Positions 13,396 to 26,569 of a stretch of 64,000 nucleotides of DNA are shown here, in pieces. Numbering within the stretch: the stretch's first letter is position 1; the number at the start of each line of letters is the position of its first letter. The notes under the pieces were generated by a model. It did no database searches and had not been told where the DNA came from. It saw only the letters and a program-made list of their open reading frames with translations. The DNA comes from Vicugna vicugna (taxonomy: Eukaryota), in NCBI GenBank assembly GCA_013265495.1, contig MU058584.1, forward strand, positions 2,451,599 to 2,515,598. Reading direction: 5' to 3'. The position numbers and the translations under genes were made by a program.

Positions 13396-14089
13396 GTTTC
13401 CAATTGACTTTTGAGAAAGGTGTGGCTCTGAGAGTTAAGTAACTTTCTCAAAGTCATAGAATTAATCAGTAGAACTAGGATTCAAACCTGGGCATCCTGC
13501 GTTTCAGAGATTTTGTCTTTGACCTTCACCTCTGTCTGACTTTAAAGAATCATGAAAAATTCCTAAAACAATGTCTGGCATATAGAATCTACTCAACAAA
13601 TCTAATTTTATTTCTTTACTCCTCTTTTTTAATATTACCTGGTAAGAGTTATACTATCAGTTACTCAAATATTTATCAAGCTTCTATTATGTACCAAGTT
13701 ATCGTCTACGGTGCTGTAGATACCACGGATCATGTAGAGAACAGGATACACCCATTAGCCTTCTTTGTGGGGAATTTTACCTGATATTTGTATAATTGGC
13801 AGATGGGAGCTTGAGGCTCCCAAATGAGACTCTTCCAAGTGAGGTCAGGCATTCAGGAGGCATTTGAGATCTAGCCACTAGGGTGATAGTGACCTTGCTT
13901 TTAGCCAAGTGGTGGAGGGTGGGGAGGGTAACAAGAGGGGAGCAGCACAGATCTGGCTTCCTTGTAACTGGCCTTAGCAAGGTCACCTGGGCCTGATCTG
14001 CAGATCAGGGCACACTTGTTAGTACTCCTTAGGCCCCCTAAAAGAGGCATCTGGTTAACAGTCTGCACTTTAAAAAAGTAACTTCTACT

Positions 14090-14810
14090 TCTTCTGTGTT
14101 ATACAAACAATAATTCTTCATTGGAGGCAAAATAAGAAAACAGATAAGCAAAAAAAGAAAAAGAAGAAAAGAAAAAAATTCCCATTATCCACTAACCAGT
14201 GATAATAATAATCGACATTTTTGCCATGTGTTCTTCTTATTAGAGTTGTATCATATCAGCAAATCACATTTTTATTAAGAGCATCCTATGTGTCAGGAAT
14301 ATAGCAAATGCACATATTTTTGACACAGTTTTTTTCTTTTATTTAGCAATGTGTTCTGAACATCTTTCCATGCCAATAAATATAATTACACATCATCAGT
14401 ATACTTATTCATTGTACGCCAATCTATGGGTATTGTTTACCGTATTAACTCGTTCATCTGATATCTCTGCACTTAGCATTCTTGTAGCAAAACAATGTAC
14501 ACCTTCTTAGACATTTATTTCCTTAGTATAAATTTCTCAAGGTGAAAACAGTGGGCTAAAATATGTGCATGTCTTTCAAGTTTTGGCATTTTCTTAAAAA
14601 TTAGTAGAGATTGTATCAATCAAAGTGCCCACTGAGTGTGTACCTAGCACCCTACTCCCACCAACACTACTTGTTTTTCAGCTTAAAAAAATCACCGCTA
14701 TTTTGATAACTGAAAGATGGCATCTTGGGTCATTTGAATTTAGTTATTTGATTAGTATTGAGGTCTAACTTTCACATCCATATTAACTGTATTCTTTCTC
14801 TGTTAGCTGC
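14090..14810 (-). mobile_element. Very old L1 (L1ME-like) fragments
   Basis: AT-rich degenerate antisense L1 3'-end text (catctttccatgccaataaatata…; ttatttccttagtataaatttctc). Confidence 0.55.
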
Positions 14811-15464
14811 TTGTGCCTGTCCTCAAACCATCTGGTGTCTATGAATGGACTGCTTTGTCCCATATCTCAACCCCAAGGTTGAGCCCCACTTCTTGTGGCC
14901 CAGTGGCTCTTGATATCTGTCTCAATGCTTTCTTCCGGGACTTGCCTGCATTCCATTTCCTCGCAGACAGTTGCCCTGACCTGCCTTCCCAGGGACGGCA
15001 GTTCTGCCCCTGATCTCTGTCTGGGGATCCAGTTTCTGCTCCTTTCACTCAAAGCTCCCTGGCGCTAACTGCTGGTCTGCCTGCCAGGGACTATGAAATT
15101 GTTCTAGAGCACATGGAATGTTGGGATTTGTCAATCTGCCCCTACCACACAGATTCCTGAGGGTGGATGGACCTCTCTCACAGCCAGCCTGTCACCTGCC
15201 CCTCTTGCAGGAGCCCCTCGCATTCCCCATAGTGCATTCCATTCCTACTTCTCCTGGGTATCCCCACATCTGCTCACTCCAGGACTGAAACAATACGAGG
15301 CATCGCCCTCTGCTCTTAACTCTGTTCTTTCTGACTATGAATACACTATCCATTTGTATTTCAACAGGCTAGTACATAGAAACCAGAAAAACTGGCTTAT
15401 CTAAAATAGCACAGCTGATGGTACCATCATGGCCCATTGACTTCTGAGTCCAGCTTTCCATCCA

Positions 15465-15630
15465 CAGGGGTTCTCGAGCTGAGGTCTAAATTTTAGGTGG
15501 TTCATGAAACTTCTACAATCTCATGGGTAATTGTGTTCATTTATACGTACATTTTTTTCTTGGGAGAGGATCTTTAGCTCTTGTAAGACTTCCGAAGGAT
15601 CAGTGATCCTCAAAATATATATAAAGCCAT
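15465..15630. mobile_element. hAT-Charlie MITE (MER103-like)
   Basis: cagggGTTCTC start and tttttcttgggagaggatctttagct motif. Family assignment from memory. Confidence 0.45.
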
Positions 15631-16129
15631 GGCCTTAAAGATTTCATTGAGTAGCTAAGAAACATGGCTACTTCACTGCTACTGTCACCACTTTTGCTAT
15701 TACTACTATTAATAATAAGAAAATGAGTACAAAAACAGGATATATGATATATAATGTTGGAGAAAAATTGGCAATGGAAAATGTCCTTAAATTCATTTTT
15801 TCAGTTACCTGAAGAGCTTTCTAGAGGAACCTGTCCTGTCCTATCCCAAGTTCTATGAAGATCCAAAGTCTGATCCCAGTAGCAACAGTAATCACATAGT
15901 AAAGCACTGTGTGTCCTGAGATAATAGTGTGGGTCCCTCTCCACTCTGTCTTCCCTCGTATCAGAAATACTCATGGACAGTTGCTGAGGGGCTTCGAGTG
16001 ACAATACCTGCAAAGAGAGAAGGACAGCCGCTGCCCTTCCTGTCTGAACAGCCACAGCAACACAACTTTAACTAGCACAGAGAGCCAGAAATGACAGCTA
16101 CCGGTGCAGAAGAGGGAAGGGGTGTTTGC

Positions 16130-16292
16130 TTGTGACCATCAGGATTATCTGGGGGGAGGTTTTTCCAGTGCAGATTTCCAAAGCCCACTCAAGATTTACT
16201 GAACCAAATTCTCCAATAGCGAGACTCAGGCTTGGTGTTGACCAAATCTCCCCCAGGTAATTGTGATGTGCAACTGGGCTTTGGACAACTGC
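16130..16292. mobile_element. MER5-type hAT MITE
   Basis: gatttactgaaccaaattctcc…tcccccaggtaattgtgatgtgca…tttggacaactg. Confidence 0.55.
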
Positions 16293-16439
16293 TGTGGGAG
16301 TTCAGAGTAGACGTACCCTTGGCACAGAGAAAGCTTACAGGGAAGGAGTCAGAGAACACTCAGTGAAGAAGTGGAACTCCTTCCGGTTTTTAAACACAAA
16401 TGAAATTCAGGTAAATGATGATGATTAAAAGGGCATTTC

Positions 16440-17019
16440 TGGAGAAAAATAAAATTCAGAAAGACATATGCACCCCAATGTTCATAGCAGCACTATTTAC
16501 AATAGCTAAGACATGGAAACAACCCAAATGTCCATCAGCAGATGACTGGATAAAGAAGATGTGGTACATATGTATAATGGAACACTACTCAGCCATAAAA
16601 AAGAATAAAATAATGCCATTTGCAGCAATATAGATGGACCTGAAGATTGTCATTCTAAGTGAAGTGGGCCGGAAAGAAAAGTGCCATAGACATCATTAAT
16701 ATGAGGAATCTAAAAAATAATAACAATAATAACATAACACAAATTAACTAATTATAATTTTGATTCCTTGAATATGTGTAAGCACATTTGACTGTCCTTT
16801 ATGATTGGATCACCTCATTCTACTGATTCTTCTTTTGTAGTTGGCTTTATTCCTTTGATAACTATGTAAGTTTAAAAAGCTAAAGATCTAATCTGTTCTT
16901 AGTTACAATAATTAGTACATATATGTAAACTAAAAAAAGTGCAGTAAACTGTATATATGTATTTACATGCGATATAATGTGCATGTGCAGTCGAACTGTA
17001 ATAAAAAATAAATTTTAAA
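16440..17019 (+). mobile_element. 5'-truncated L1 with atypical 3' tail
   Basis: ORF 16415-16633 is the L1 ORF2 C-terminus ([25 protein letters not shown]). 13-bp TSD aaaagggcatttc at 16427-16439 and 17020-17032. AATAAA plus an A-rich tail at the end. Confidence 0.9.
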
Positions 17020-20000
17020 AAAAGGGCATTTCAGGTAAGATAGTTGGTATGAAAAGGATACAGAGGCAAGAAAATACATGACATATTGGGAAACAATGAG
17101 AAATGTTAGTCAAGAAGGAATGACAGCTCTAGATGCTTCCTTCCAGGTCGAGGGAGGTCTGTTGGGGGAAAGTCCTGATCTCTCTCATCCCCTCACTCAT
17201 GATGCCCCAGGGAAGTTTAGGAAAGAAACTGAACATGTGCTTTCCAGCCTCTGCCCTTCCTCCTCCTTGGAAGCCAGTTGCTCAGGGGAAGCCCCAGGAA
17301 CTACTCTGCTCCTCTGTGTCAGATGTTTTTGGGGGCAACTTCTGGTTGTATGGGATGGAGGAAGCCAGCCCCAGCCCAACATTGCCTGAGCTGAGGGGGC
17401 AGGTCTGTCTAAACCTGGTGATTTAGTATGAATAAATCCACTAGGCTGAAGCGTTACGCTGCATCCTTCAATTTTAGCCACTTAGGAAAACAAGGTAATA
17501 TATTCATCTCTTTTTCTGCCTTATTCATTTGTCTTATTTCTCAATTGGCTTAGAATTTAGGCAAGGGAGAACGGTACAATTTATTGGGTCCCCCAATCTC
17601 CAACAGGAGATCAGTCCTGGAAACAAAAGGTGAGACCAGATTAGGGAGCATTCCTGGAATGCCAGATTTTAGGCAAATAATTCTTAAATGTCTTGGGGTT
17701 ACAAATTGATCTGAGGCTCTGATAAAAGCTGGGAACATTCTTCCCAGTTAAAGATACATTATCAAAATTACCTGGGGGTTCTTCTAAAAAATACAGAGTC
17801 CCTAATTCCACCCAAGATCTTCTGAATCAGATTCTTTGATGGTGAAACCCGAGTTTGGTATGGGTAAAATCTCTCACAGGAGCCTCTCTGTTTCAGGGTA
17901 TTCACAGATTTCCTGAAACCTATTGATGAGCTACTCTCTCCCAGTATTAGGAGCTCTAGCTTTAGGCAGCAGTGGGGAATTGCATCCTGGACCTGACAAA
18001 AGGGACAAGGCAGGCATCAGTGCTGTGGTTTTAACAGTGACGTTGGCATTTTGTTTCCATATGCAAATGGAGCCCGGGAAGAATTACAAGGACGAAAAGA
18101 GAAACAATAGTCGGCCTTCCTGAATTTTCTTTGTGGAATCCATGAGAGACTTTTGCAGGCCTCCAGGACTCTAATGGAAAGAGGCTAACAATTCTTGCAC
18201 CAGAGTACGCTGGGAAACACCAGGACTCTGTCAATGGGAGTTCCTGCGTCTGGTTCCCATCAGCATCATCTCCAAGACATGATCCTCACATTCAGATGAT
18301 GGGTTAAGAAATAAATGCATGATGTTACATCCGTCTTTTCTTGTCAGTATTCCTTCTTCTTCCCTTGCATTCATTAAAAAAAAAAAACTATCAAATTGCA
18401 GCTGCTTCTCTTTCCTTAACCTAAAGCGTATAATGCCAGCAATTTTGGGAACGGAAACAGGCTAGTCTGCCTAGAAATCTCCAGAGCATTGTAGGCTAAT
18501 ACATTAAAATTAAAGAGAAACAGAAGCCATCACTACAAATTGCAACATTATTGTTCAAGCCAAGATCGGGCTAATTATAAACTAGCATTTTTATAGATGT
18601 CACAGGGGCTGTTTTAGTGCTGCTTTGCTGATGCTAAAAAGATAGTGTGGAAATGTGATCAGGGATCCTCACACTACTGTCTAACTGGAGGGGAAAAAAA
18701 GTTAATTAGGCTCTTTTTGGCATATTAGTGGAGACAGGCTTATTAGACACATTTACAAGCTAATGATATGCCTATACTCTGCTATCAAAAAAAATGCATT
18801 TAAATAAACTGATTCACAGTTCAGCCATTTACATCTCTTTAACCAGTACATTCACAATTACATTACCCACGTTTAATTGGCATGGAATCATTTCTGGAGC
18901 ATTTCTGGAGACTGTTCTATGAGGTGCTCACAGTATGGTGGTCTCTGCTCATCCTGCTCTCCCTAACCTGTCTGGGACCACAGGTAGCTCCCCATCCTTG
19001 TTGTCCACATCCTGGGATGAACAGCCTTTATTTGACTAAGGACCTTTGAACCAACAGTAATGGATTTCAGAACTGCCACTTATGTTGAGTGCAAATGTTT
19101 GGAGAATGAGGGGCAGGGCGGCAGAGATGGGGGGTGCAGGTGGGGGGGCAGCAGCTAAATGGCCGGGGTAGCCAGCACCATGGTCCTCCCCCAACCTCCC
19201 AGGGAATGAAGCAAGCACTGAAGGAAATGGGCATTTCCCTCTCTAGTTCAGAAGTTCAGGGCATCCCAGGGAGTCTATTGACACTTTCCTGAGTAGGACA
19301 ACCCTTTCTCCATCGAAGCCCACTTTCTACCCCATTTTTAGGGATCCTTTGAACAAGTACAACCTTCTGAGCCTGTCATAGCAGGAGATCCTGGCTCTAT
19401 CACAAGAGGCTACTTCAGCATCCTCATCCTCACATCAGTCAAATGGAGATCATAATAATTCCTTCCTCAAAGCGTTTTGTGAGAAGATTGGCTAAGCCAC
19501 TGCCTATGAGTGCCTAGTGAAGTACCTGGCTGGTGGCGGTGCTCAGGGAATGTGACCTGTTACCATCACCATCATCATCATCACACCCTCATCATTATCA
19601 CTACTACTAAACTGTCAAGTTTAAAAGTCTTTGATGGACCCTTATTTCTCACAGAAGAAATCTGATTTACTTAACATGGTCCTTAAAGCCCCTTGGGGTC
19701 TGATACTGATTTCCCTTTCCAAGTTCCTCCCCAGCCCCTTCCCCAACAACACTACGCTCTAGTCACACACAACTGCGCACCTTCTGTAAGCGTCTCTCTG
19801 TCCTGTGCTCACGCTGCTCCGTCTGCCTGCATGGCCCTGTCCTGTTACCTGGTGGCCGTCCCCTCCTGGTCCTCCAGAATGAATCCTCCTCCTCCTCCAG
19901 AGCTCAGTTAGAAGCACCCCTCTAGACTTCTGCCTCCCCATTCCTCTTCTTCCAGGTAGAGTAATGACTCCTGCCCAGATGTGTCACACGTGCCTCTTCT

Positions 20001-21447
20001 GGGCATCACTTACTTCACAGTATGAGAGTTATATGTCTACTGGGCTGTCTTCCCTGCCGGAAGGTTCACGCTTCAAGGACAAAAACCAGGCCCAACCTCT
20101 ATGTTTACGCCCAGTGTCCAACTAGGTACACCCAGGTACTAAATGAATGTTTTTGAACTCCAGTGGAATCAAGTCTAACTGATCTGAACTAGAGTTCCAA
20201 CTAGAGCACTTCTGAAGTGCCGTCTAGACCCAGTATTCCATAAGCCTGTGATTTGTCAAATACTGGATTCAGCTCCTTTCTACGAGCTTCAGTTTTCTTA
20301 TCTATAAAATGTGAATGGTAATTGCTCACTCACAGGGCTATCAGGGGATGTGGCGGGTCGATCCACGTGAAAAGGCTCTGTGAAGTTCAATCGCCACGCA
20401 TTGCTTACTTGCTCACCCTTGTTTGTGCATCTTCTGGTAAATGACAGGATAACAGAAGAGCACATTGTGCAGCTTGCTATGTATTTGTTGTTAATGTCCT
20501 TCCTATTCCAATTTCCCATAGTAAAGGCAGGCTCGGGAACATTCCTTCCCCAGCGAAAGGGGAACATTTCTTGGTGCCCATTTCAGCAGGACGAAGTGGC
20601 AGTCTCCATACATTGTAACGTTCATGTTTGGGCTCCAATCTCAGTTCCTGTCATAAAAGAATCATGGGAAATGCCTTTTCTCCTCCTCTCCCCTCCCCTC
20701 CCTCCATAATAACAAAGCCGAGTCCATCTTTTTATGATGATAATCGTTATCAAAGGCATCATTCGAGTTCAATGCCTGAGAATGACTTTGCATGCCAGTG
20801 AGGAACAATGTTACTGACAATTATTTCTTTGGAAGTTTACTGCTTCCCCATGTGAGGTCATAAACGTGGGGGCGTGGACACACTGAAGTCGGCCGTGTAA
20901 TTTGGTAACAGCTCATCCTCAGATTCTTGGAGATCAAGTCACTTGAGTGTAGTTTCTTGCAAATACTCTCCCAGGTGCTTCCTGAACAGCTACGTTCCAG
21001 AATGACACCTCCCATTTGTCTGAGGCATCTTTTGAAGAAAAAGGATTCATTCAGCAAATAGGAGAATTGGGGAAGCACCACCGGCAGAACAGTCAATGCT
21101 GTGCCCTCAGTTTCTACCATATACATGAAACTGCTCTTTAGCACCTAAGGGTGCAGCCAGGGTGGCATTCCTTGGCAGCAGTCCTATTTGCCCAGGCTGA
21201 GCACGGGAAAAGAGACATCAAGTGTGAGAGGGGAAAGGGCAGCTGTTCTTTCCCTCCAGGTCACTGTATAGTCACAGCATAGACTGAACCAGGTGGAGCT
21301 CCTTCTAAGGGAGCACAGCCTTGAAGTAAGGTTGGGAGCATCCAAGAGAATGAGATGTTGCATCAAAGAACTCACAGAAGCATCTTCATTTACAGGACAC
21401 ACCTGACGGTCCAATAGACTAGGGGTGCCACTCATTTCTGGCCTTAC

Positions 21448-21887
21448 TGTGGAGACAGGAGGGAAGGCGGCAGGACACAACCATCAAAGGAATGACACGG
21501 CAACTGAGGACAGGACAAACTGGTTAGAACCAAGATGGCGGAAGATGCGACTTCCAGTAGACCTTGAGCCTCATGGCATACCCACGGGCATCATGGCAGT
21601 TCCTAAGCTGACCATAAAAGGTCAAAAAGTGGTCAGGGGCCCAATTCCTGGGAATCCCTGCCAAACAGTTGGAAGAATCCTGCTACTTATTAGCATATGA
21701 AATTACCGAGCCCATAAAAACTAACAATTCTGGTTGTGCTTCATGGTCTCTCTCCCTCTCGCTTTCTGAGACGGCCCACACTCTATCTCTAGAGTGTGTA
21801 TCTCACTGAATAAACTTACTTTCACTTTACTATGCCTTGCCCTTGAATTCTTTCCTGTGTGAGGCAAGAACCTGTTCTCCAGCAACA
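21448..21887 (+). mobile_element. ERV1 solo LTR, MER41-like
   Basis: TG…CA ends, TATA-like cataaaaa (~21714), AATAAA at 21809-21814, and MER41-like U5 text (ttgaattctttcctgtgtgaggcaagaacc). ACTGTG overlaps both ends. Confidence 0.8.
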
Positions 21888-24259
21888 CTGTGACAGATTC
21901 ATGAAAGGTTCCTATGTGTATTTGTTTGGATGTGCATATAATGCATTCATCCCTCCACAGAATCATAGCACGTTTAAAGCTGAAGGAATAAGACTATGAG
22001 ACACAGGAGGAACGTAACTCTTCTTCATTCATCTACTTTGGTAACAGGAAGGCTTGGGTTCAAACCCAACTCCGGTACTTCTCACCAGTTGGAAAACGTC
22101 AAACAAGGGCCTTAATCTCCAAGCCTTGTCTTTCTCAAATGCAAAACAGAGATGAAATTGGCCCCTTACCATGCTGGTCCGAGGACTAAGTAAAACAGTG
22201 TCCACGAAGCACTGGGTACAGTGTCTGGTGCCCAGCTCATGGTTGTCATCATTGCAATTGTCAGAGACGGTGCTGTAAGAGGTAGCAGTAGTTGCATTAG
22301 TGATCTGGCGCCTTGCACAATGAACACAGAGGAAGCTGTTAATTCTGAATTTATGACTCAACAATTAAGTAGATGGTTGAATCTAGTATTCTTCTCCACA
22401 TTTCAGTAAAGGACACTGAAGAATACAGGGGCCCAAAGAGCAACACAGAATCATGCAGATTTTTGGCAGCGCTTGACCTTTATCTTAGATCGTTTGACTC
22501 CCAACATGGTACTCTTCCAACTACCCCAATCATCCCCTCCTTCCCTACACTCCCATCACCTCCCACTCTCCCCAACACATGTGTTTGTGCTTGAGGCATA
22601 CACACCTGTCTTACAGATAGAGAAATTAAAATCCTTGAAAAGCTACCCACATTCCCCGGAAGCTGGTGATAGGAGCCAAGTTGATGGCCTACTGTTGGGT
22701 GCCCTGTCTGATGAGTTTCATCTCTTGCGTCTCATGCTTTGGAAGCCCAGGTCTTAGGGCAGAGTTGAACTCAAACCTGGAATTGAAGGAGGCTGAGCTG
22801 GAGCTCACGGCACAGATCCCCAGAGATCCTGTGACTGAATAATATGGGGAAAATTCATAATTTTTGCCTCCCAAACCCCTGTGCTTTACCGTTCTCTGTA
22901 ATGCCCTCCCTCATTCATTCCTTTGAACTATATCATGATTTCTACTGTGCCAGGAAGAAGGGTCACACCAAAAGTAAAACAAAAAACAAAACTTACTTTC
23001 TGGTTTTTAACGTCTATAAATGTGGCATAAATAATAGGTTTAGAATCAGTTATTTAGTCCATTCTCCACAGAGAAAGAGAAAGATGAAAAATAAAAACTC
23101 TGAGCCAGCATGTTGGGAGACAGTAGGAAAGGAAACAAGAGCGTTAGACCCAAGCTTGGGTTTCTAAGAAGGGTTTCTGTCACCTGTTCACCTTGGGCTG
23201 CCTTCTGGTCACAGGTATTTCTGGGAAATGTAGAACATCCCTGATAGAGCTGAAGACCAGAAGGAGATGGCAATCGAGGCGGGCTTCCTATAGAGAATCT
23301 TCACAGGAACTTCTTGCACTTCTGAAGCATCAAGCAGCAGCTGAAGAGGAAGCGATCCACAAAGTAAGCCACGGAAGAAAGGGACCGAGACAGTCAACCA
23401 CATGCTTTATGCAGCCCCAGAATGGCTGGGAGAATAGCCAAGTTTTCCTCTAACTTCTTCCTCCAAATAAGCCAAGAAGATGTGGAGAACAGAATGGAAA
23501 GAGAGAAGGAAATAAAACACCAAAAGAGGTTTCTCAGTCTTGACAAGAGGATCCCTCAGTGGAAATTCCTGTGGACAGAAGACCAATGTGGATCCAGAAA
23601 TCTCAGTGGAGACCCCACATGCAGGGATGATGAAAACCAAGAAGGAGCAGCAGTAACGCACACCTCTGCATGTGAGTAATTACAGATTCACCAAACGCCT
23701 GTCTCCAGTCCAACGTGAGTGTGCACCCCAGAACTTACATGCCAACCTGGGAGAAGGATAGATAAAGAAAATTTATAGTTTACTAACCATAAACTCAAAA
23801 TGCCTGAATCTACTTTAAGTTGACTAAGACTGCTTTTCCAGGATCAGGTAAATCAGGGGATAAAAATAGAACTGATAGCTATAAAAGAATAAGTTACATT
23901 TCTGCAAACTTGAGGAACTGACTTTAAATTAATACCTACCATGACTTTTTTCCTCTTGTAATGTCAGAATGACAGCCATTCGGCTTTATGCCATAATCCA
24001 TTCTACCGGAACCAGATTTCAGAGTAACTTGAATAGGTCTCTTGTGTACATCTGAGCAAACCAAGGACACAGGCATACACTCAAGTGTCCATAAAACTTT
24101 ATAAAGTACTTTTAATCTAGCAAAAGTCTAGCCATGGTGGTGACAATGACATCAGTGGTGACTGTAAACACTCCAGAAAGAAAATCGTCAAGAATAGGAA
24201 ATGATGTCCTTAGCATGTACTATCTAAGGGTTCTTAGCTCAAGACTTGGAAATGTTTTC

Positions 24260-25100
24260 TTTCCAAACTACACTCTTTCCTGAACTCTGCATTCATGTAT
24301 CTATTGTCTTTGACACCCCCTACCTAGACGTCTAATAGACAGCTCAACTTAATACATCTAAAGCTGAACCTATGAGCTCCACCCTATCCCCTGTGCTTAG
24401 CCAAACCAACACAACCTGCACTCTTCTTCCCCATCTCAGCTTATGACAACTCCATCCTTAAGGTTGCTCAATTTAAAAATCTTGAAATCATTCTTGACTC
24501 CACTCTTCTCCCACACCCACATCTAATCCACTGGATTGTTGTCTTTACCTTCAGAATATATCCAGGACCCAAGCACTTCTTACCATCTCCTGCACTACTC
24601 TTGTCTCAATCACCTCTCACCTGGATGCTTCAGTTGCCTCTGAGAGGTCTCCCTGCATCCACACTTGCCTTCCCAATAGTCTACACTTCACACAGCAGTC
24701 AGAATGATCCTTTTAAAGTCATGTCGTGTCACACTCTGTTCAAAACTCTCCGATGGCTCCTATCTCACTTTGATAAAAGCCCAAACCCTTAGACTTCCCC
24801 GCTGTTCTTTAAACACATCAGGCATGTTCCTGCCGTAGGGCATTGCATGGGCTAAAACCTCTCCTCAGAATGCTCTTCTCTCACATCCATATGGCTGAGT
24901 GTCCTATTTTGCCAGAATTTGCTTAAATACATCTTTTAAAATTAGGCTTCTCTTGAGCACCACATTTTGAAATTGCAAACTGCCACTCTTCTTCTGTACT
25001 CCTAATCTCTTCTCCTGCCTGGATTTTATCTCCTCTCTAATTTTTACCACTTTTCCATATACCAAAATTTGTTGAGTATTATGTTTGCTGCTGTCCCTAC
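24260..25100 (+). mobile_element. LINE-2 3' region
   Basis: Typical L2 text: ccttcagaatatatccagg…cacagcagtcagaatgatccttttaaa…ctctgttcaaaactctccgatggctcc. Confidence 0.8.
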
Positions 25101-26037
25101 TCTCTTTCCACGAGCATATAAACTCTAATTTTTCAGCCACTCCTCTAGAAAGCACACCTTAAAAACATGTATCTGCAATCTCTTTCTTTTTTGGGGGTTT
25201 GCAACAATCATTATGATCTCAAATAATTTTTAAGAAAAAGGAGGAAGATGAGTAGAGGCCAACGTGAATGAAGTCAAGTGGAATACTGGAAGAGGCAAGG
25301 AATTTGGAATCCAATTTGAGCATGGGTGATTCTCCAGGTCCTATATTCTCTCTGTGACTTGAAAAAGTCACCTAATCTCCCTCCCACATGTCTATGATCC
25401 TGAATCCTAAAATTGGTGGTGATCAACGTATATATCGGGAAGAGTTGTGCCAATGAAAATATAGCAAGTGATGTGAGGAGCGTAAAAGCATTTTATTAAC
25501 TACAAAGTTCTGTACAAATACTAGCTGTTGTTTTATGTCCTTGAGAGAGTAAAGACTATTATGGAATGCTCTGCTTTCCAGATCATGTGGACTGGAAAAG
25601 TGACCTATTAACACAAATAAATCTTCTCAAAAAGGTGAATGTGTTTTATGCCTTTCTCCAAATCTGCAAGGAAATGTCTCCCCAGCCCGAGAGTCATGTA
25701 CACAAGTCTGGGAGCACTGCAGTTCAGAGAACTAGTTCATCACAGCTCTTTTGCCTCTTCAGTAGTCACGGATGCCCTCAAGGGAGATGGGCACCAAGAA
25801 GATCCATCCTACCAGCAGCATGGTTATCTCCTCACAAAGTCTCCTCTTTGAAATTTCTATAAAATGAAATTTTTTTCTTGAGATCCCACCTGTAAGTATC
25901 AGCTCAGAAAATGCATAAAAGAATTTCTAAAGGTGCAAAATTTACAACCTTGCTAAAACAGATTTGCAAACGTAAATATGAAACCTTCTGGAGCTTGATA
26001 AAGCTCAAGAATAACACACAACAAACATCGTGATACT

Positions 26038-26376
26038 TGTCGACCTGAAACAAAGAGATTACGAGATATTTCTCCAGCAAAGATGAGTTTATTCAGGATT
26101 AGGCAAGAATTACAATTTGAGGCCTGCGATCATGGCGAAACACATGCAAGTCCCCCCACAACAAAGGCAGGAGAACACCTTCATAGAGAGGAAAAGAAAG
26201 TTGGGAGGGCTCTAGTAAACAAAGACCATGGGTTTTCATCAGCTGAGCCCTTGCCAGGAAAGAAGAGGAGTCTTTCTTCTTCCTGTTGGCCTCTGCTGCC
26301 ATCACAGGGCATGAGCGCTCCCTCTTCTAGTCTCCCAGCTCCATTTAATTGAGGTTTCTGTTTATTAATTTTTACA
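26038..26376 (-). mobile_element. ERV1-class solo LTR
   Basis: Minus strand begins TGTAAAAATTAATAAACAGAAACCTCAATTAAATGGAG and ends …GTCGACA, with a minus-strand AATAAA near 26090. Confidence 0.7.
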
Positions 26377-26569
26377 CAATAATTGGAAGAGATTTGGCCC
26401 AGAAGTGGAGCAGAAATTCCATTTTGAATCTCTACTGTGTTTAGAGGCATGCCTGGCTATATTTAGTGAGTTAGCGAAGCAGTCCATCAGAAGTCATTTA
26501 TTTATCATGGTCCCTAAGAAGCAGCCTCCTAGAGAGAAAGCCCATCCTGAGGGAATAAAGAGCTAGTTA

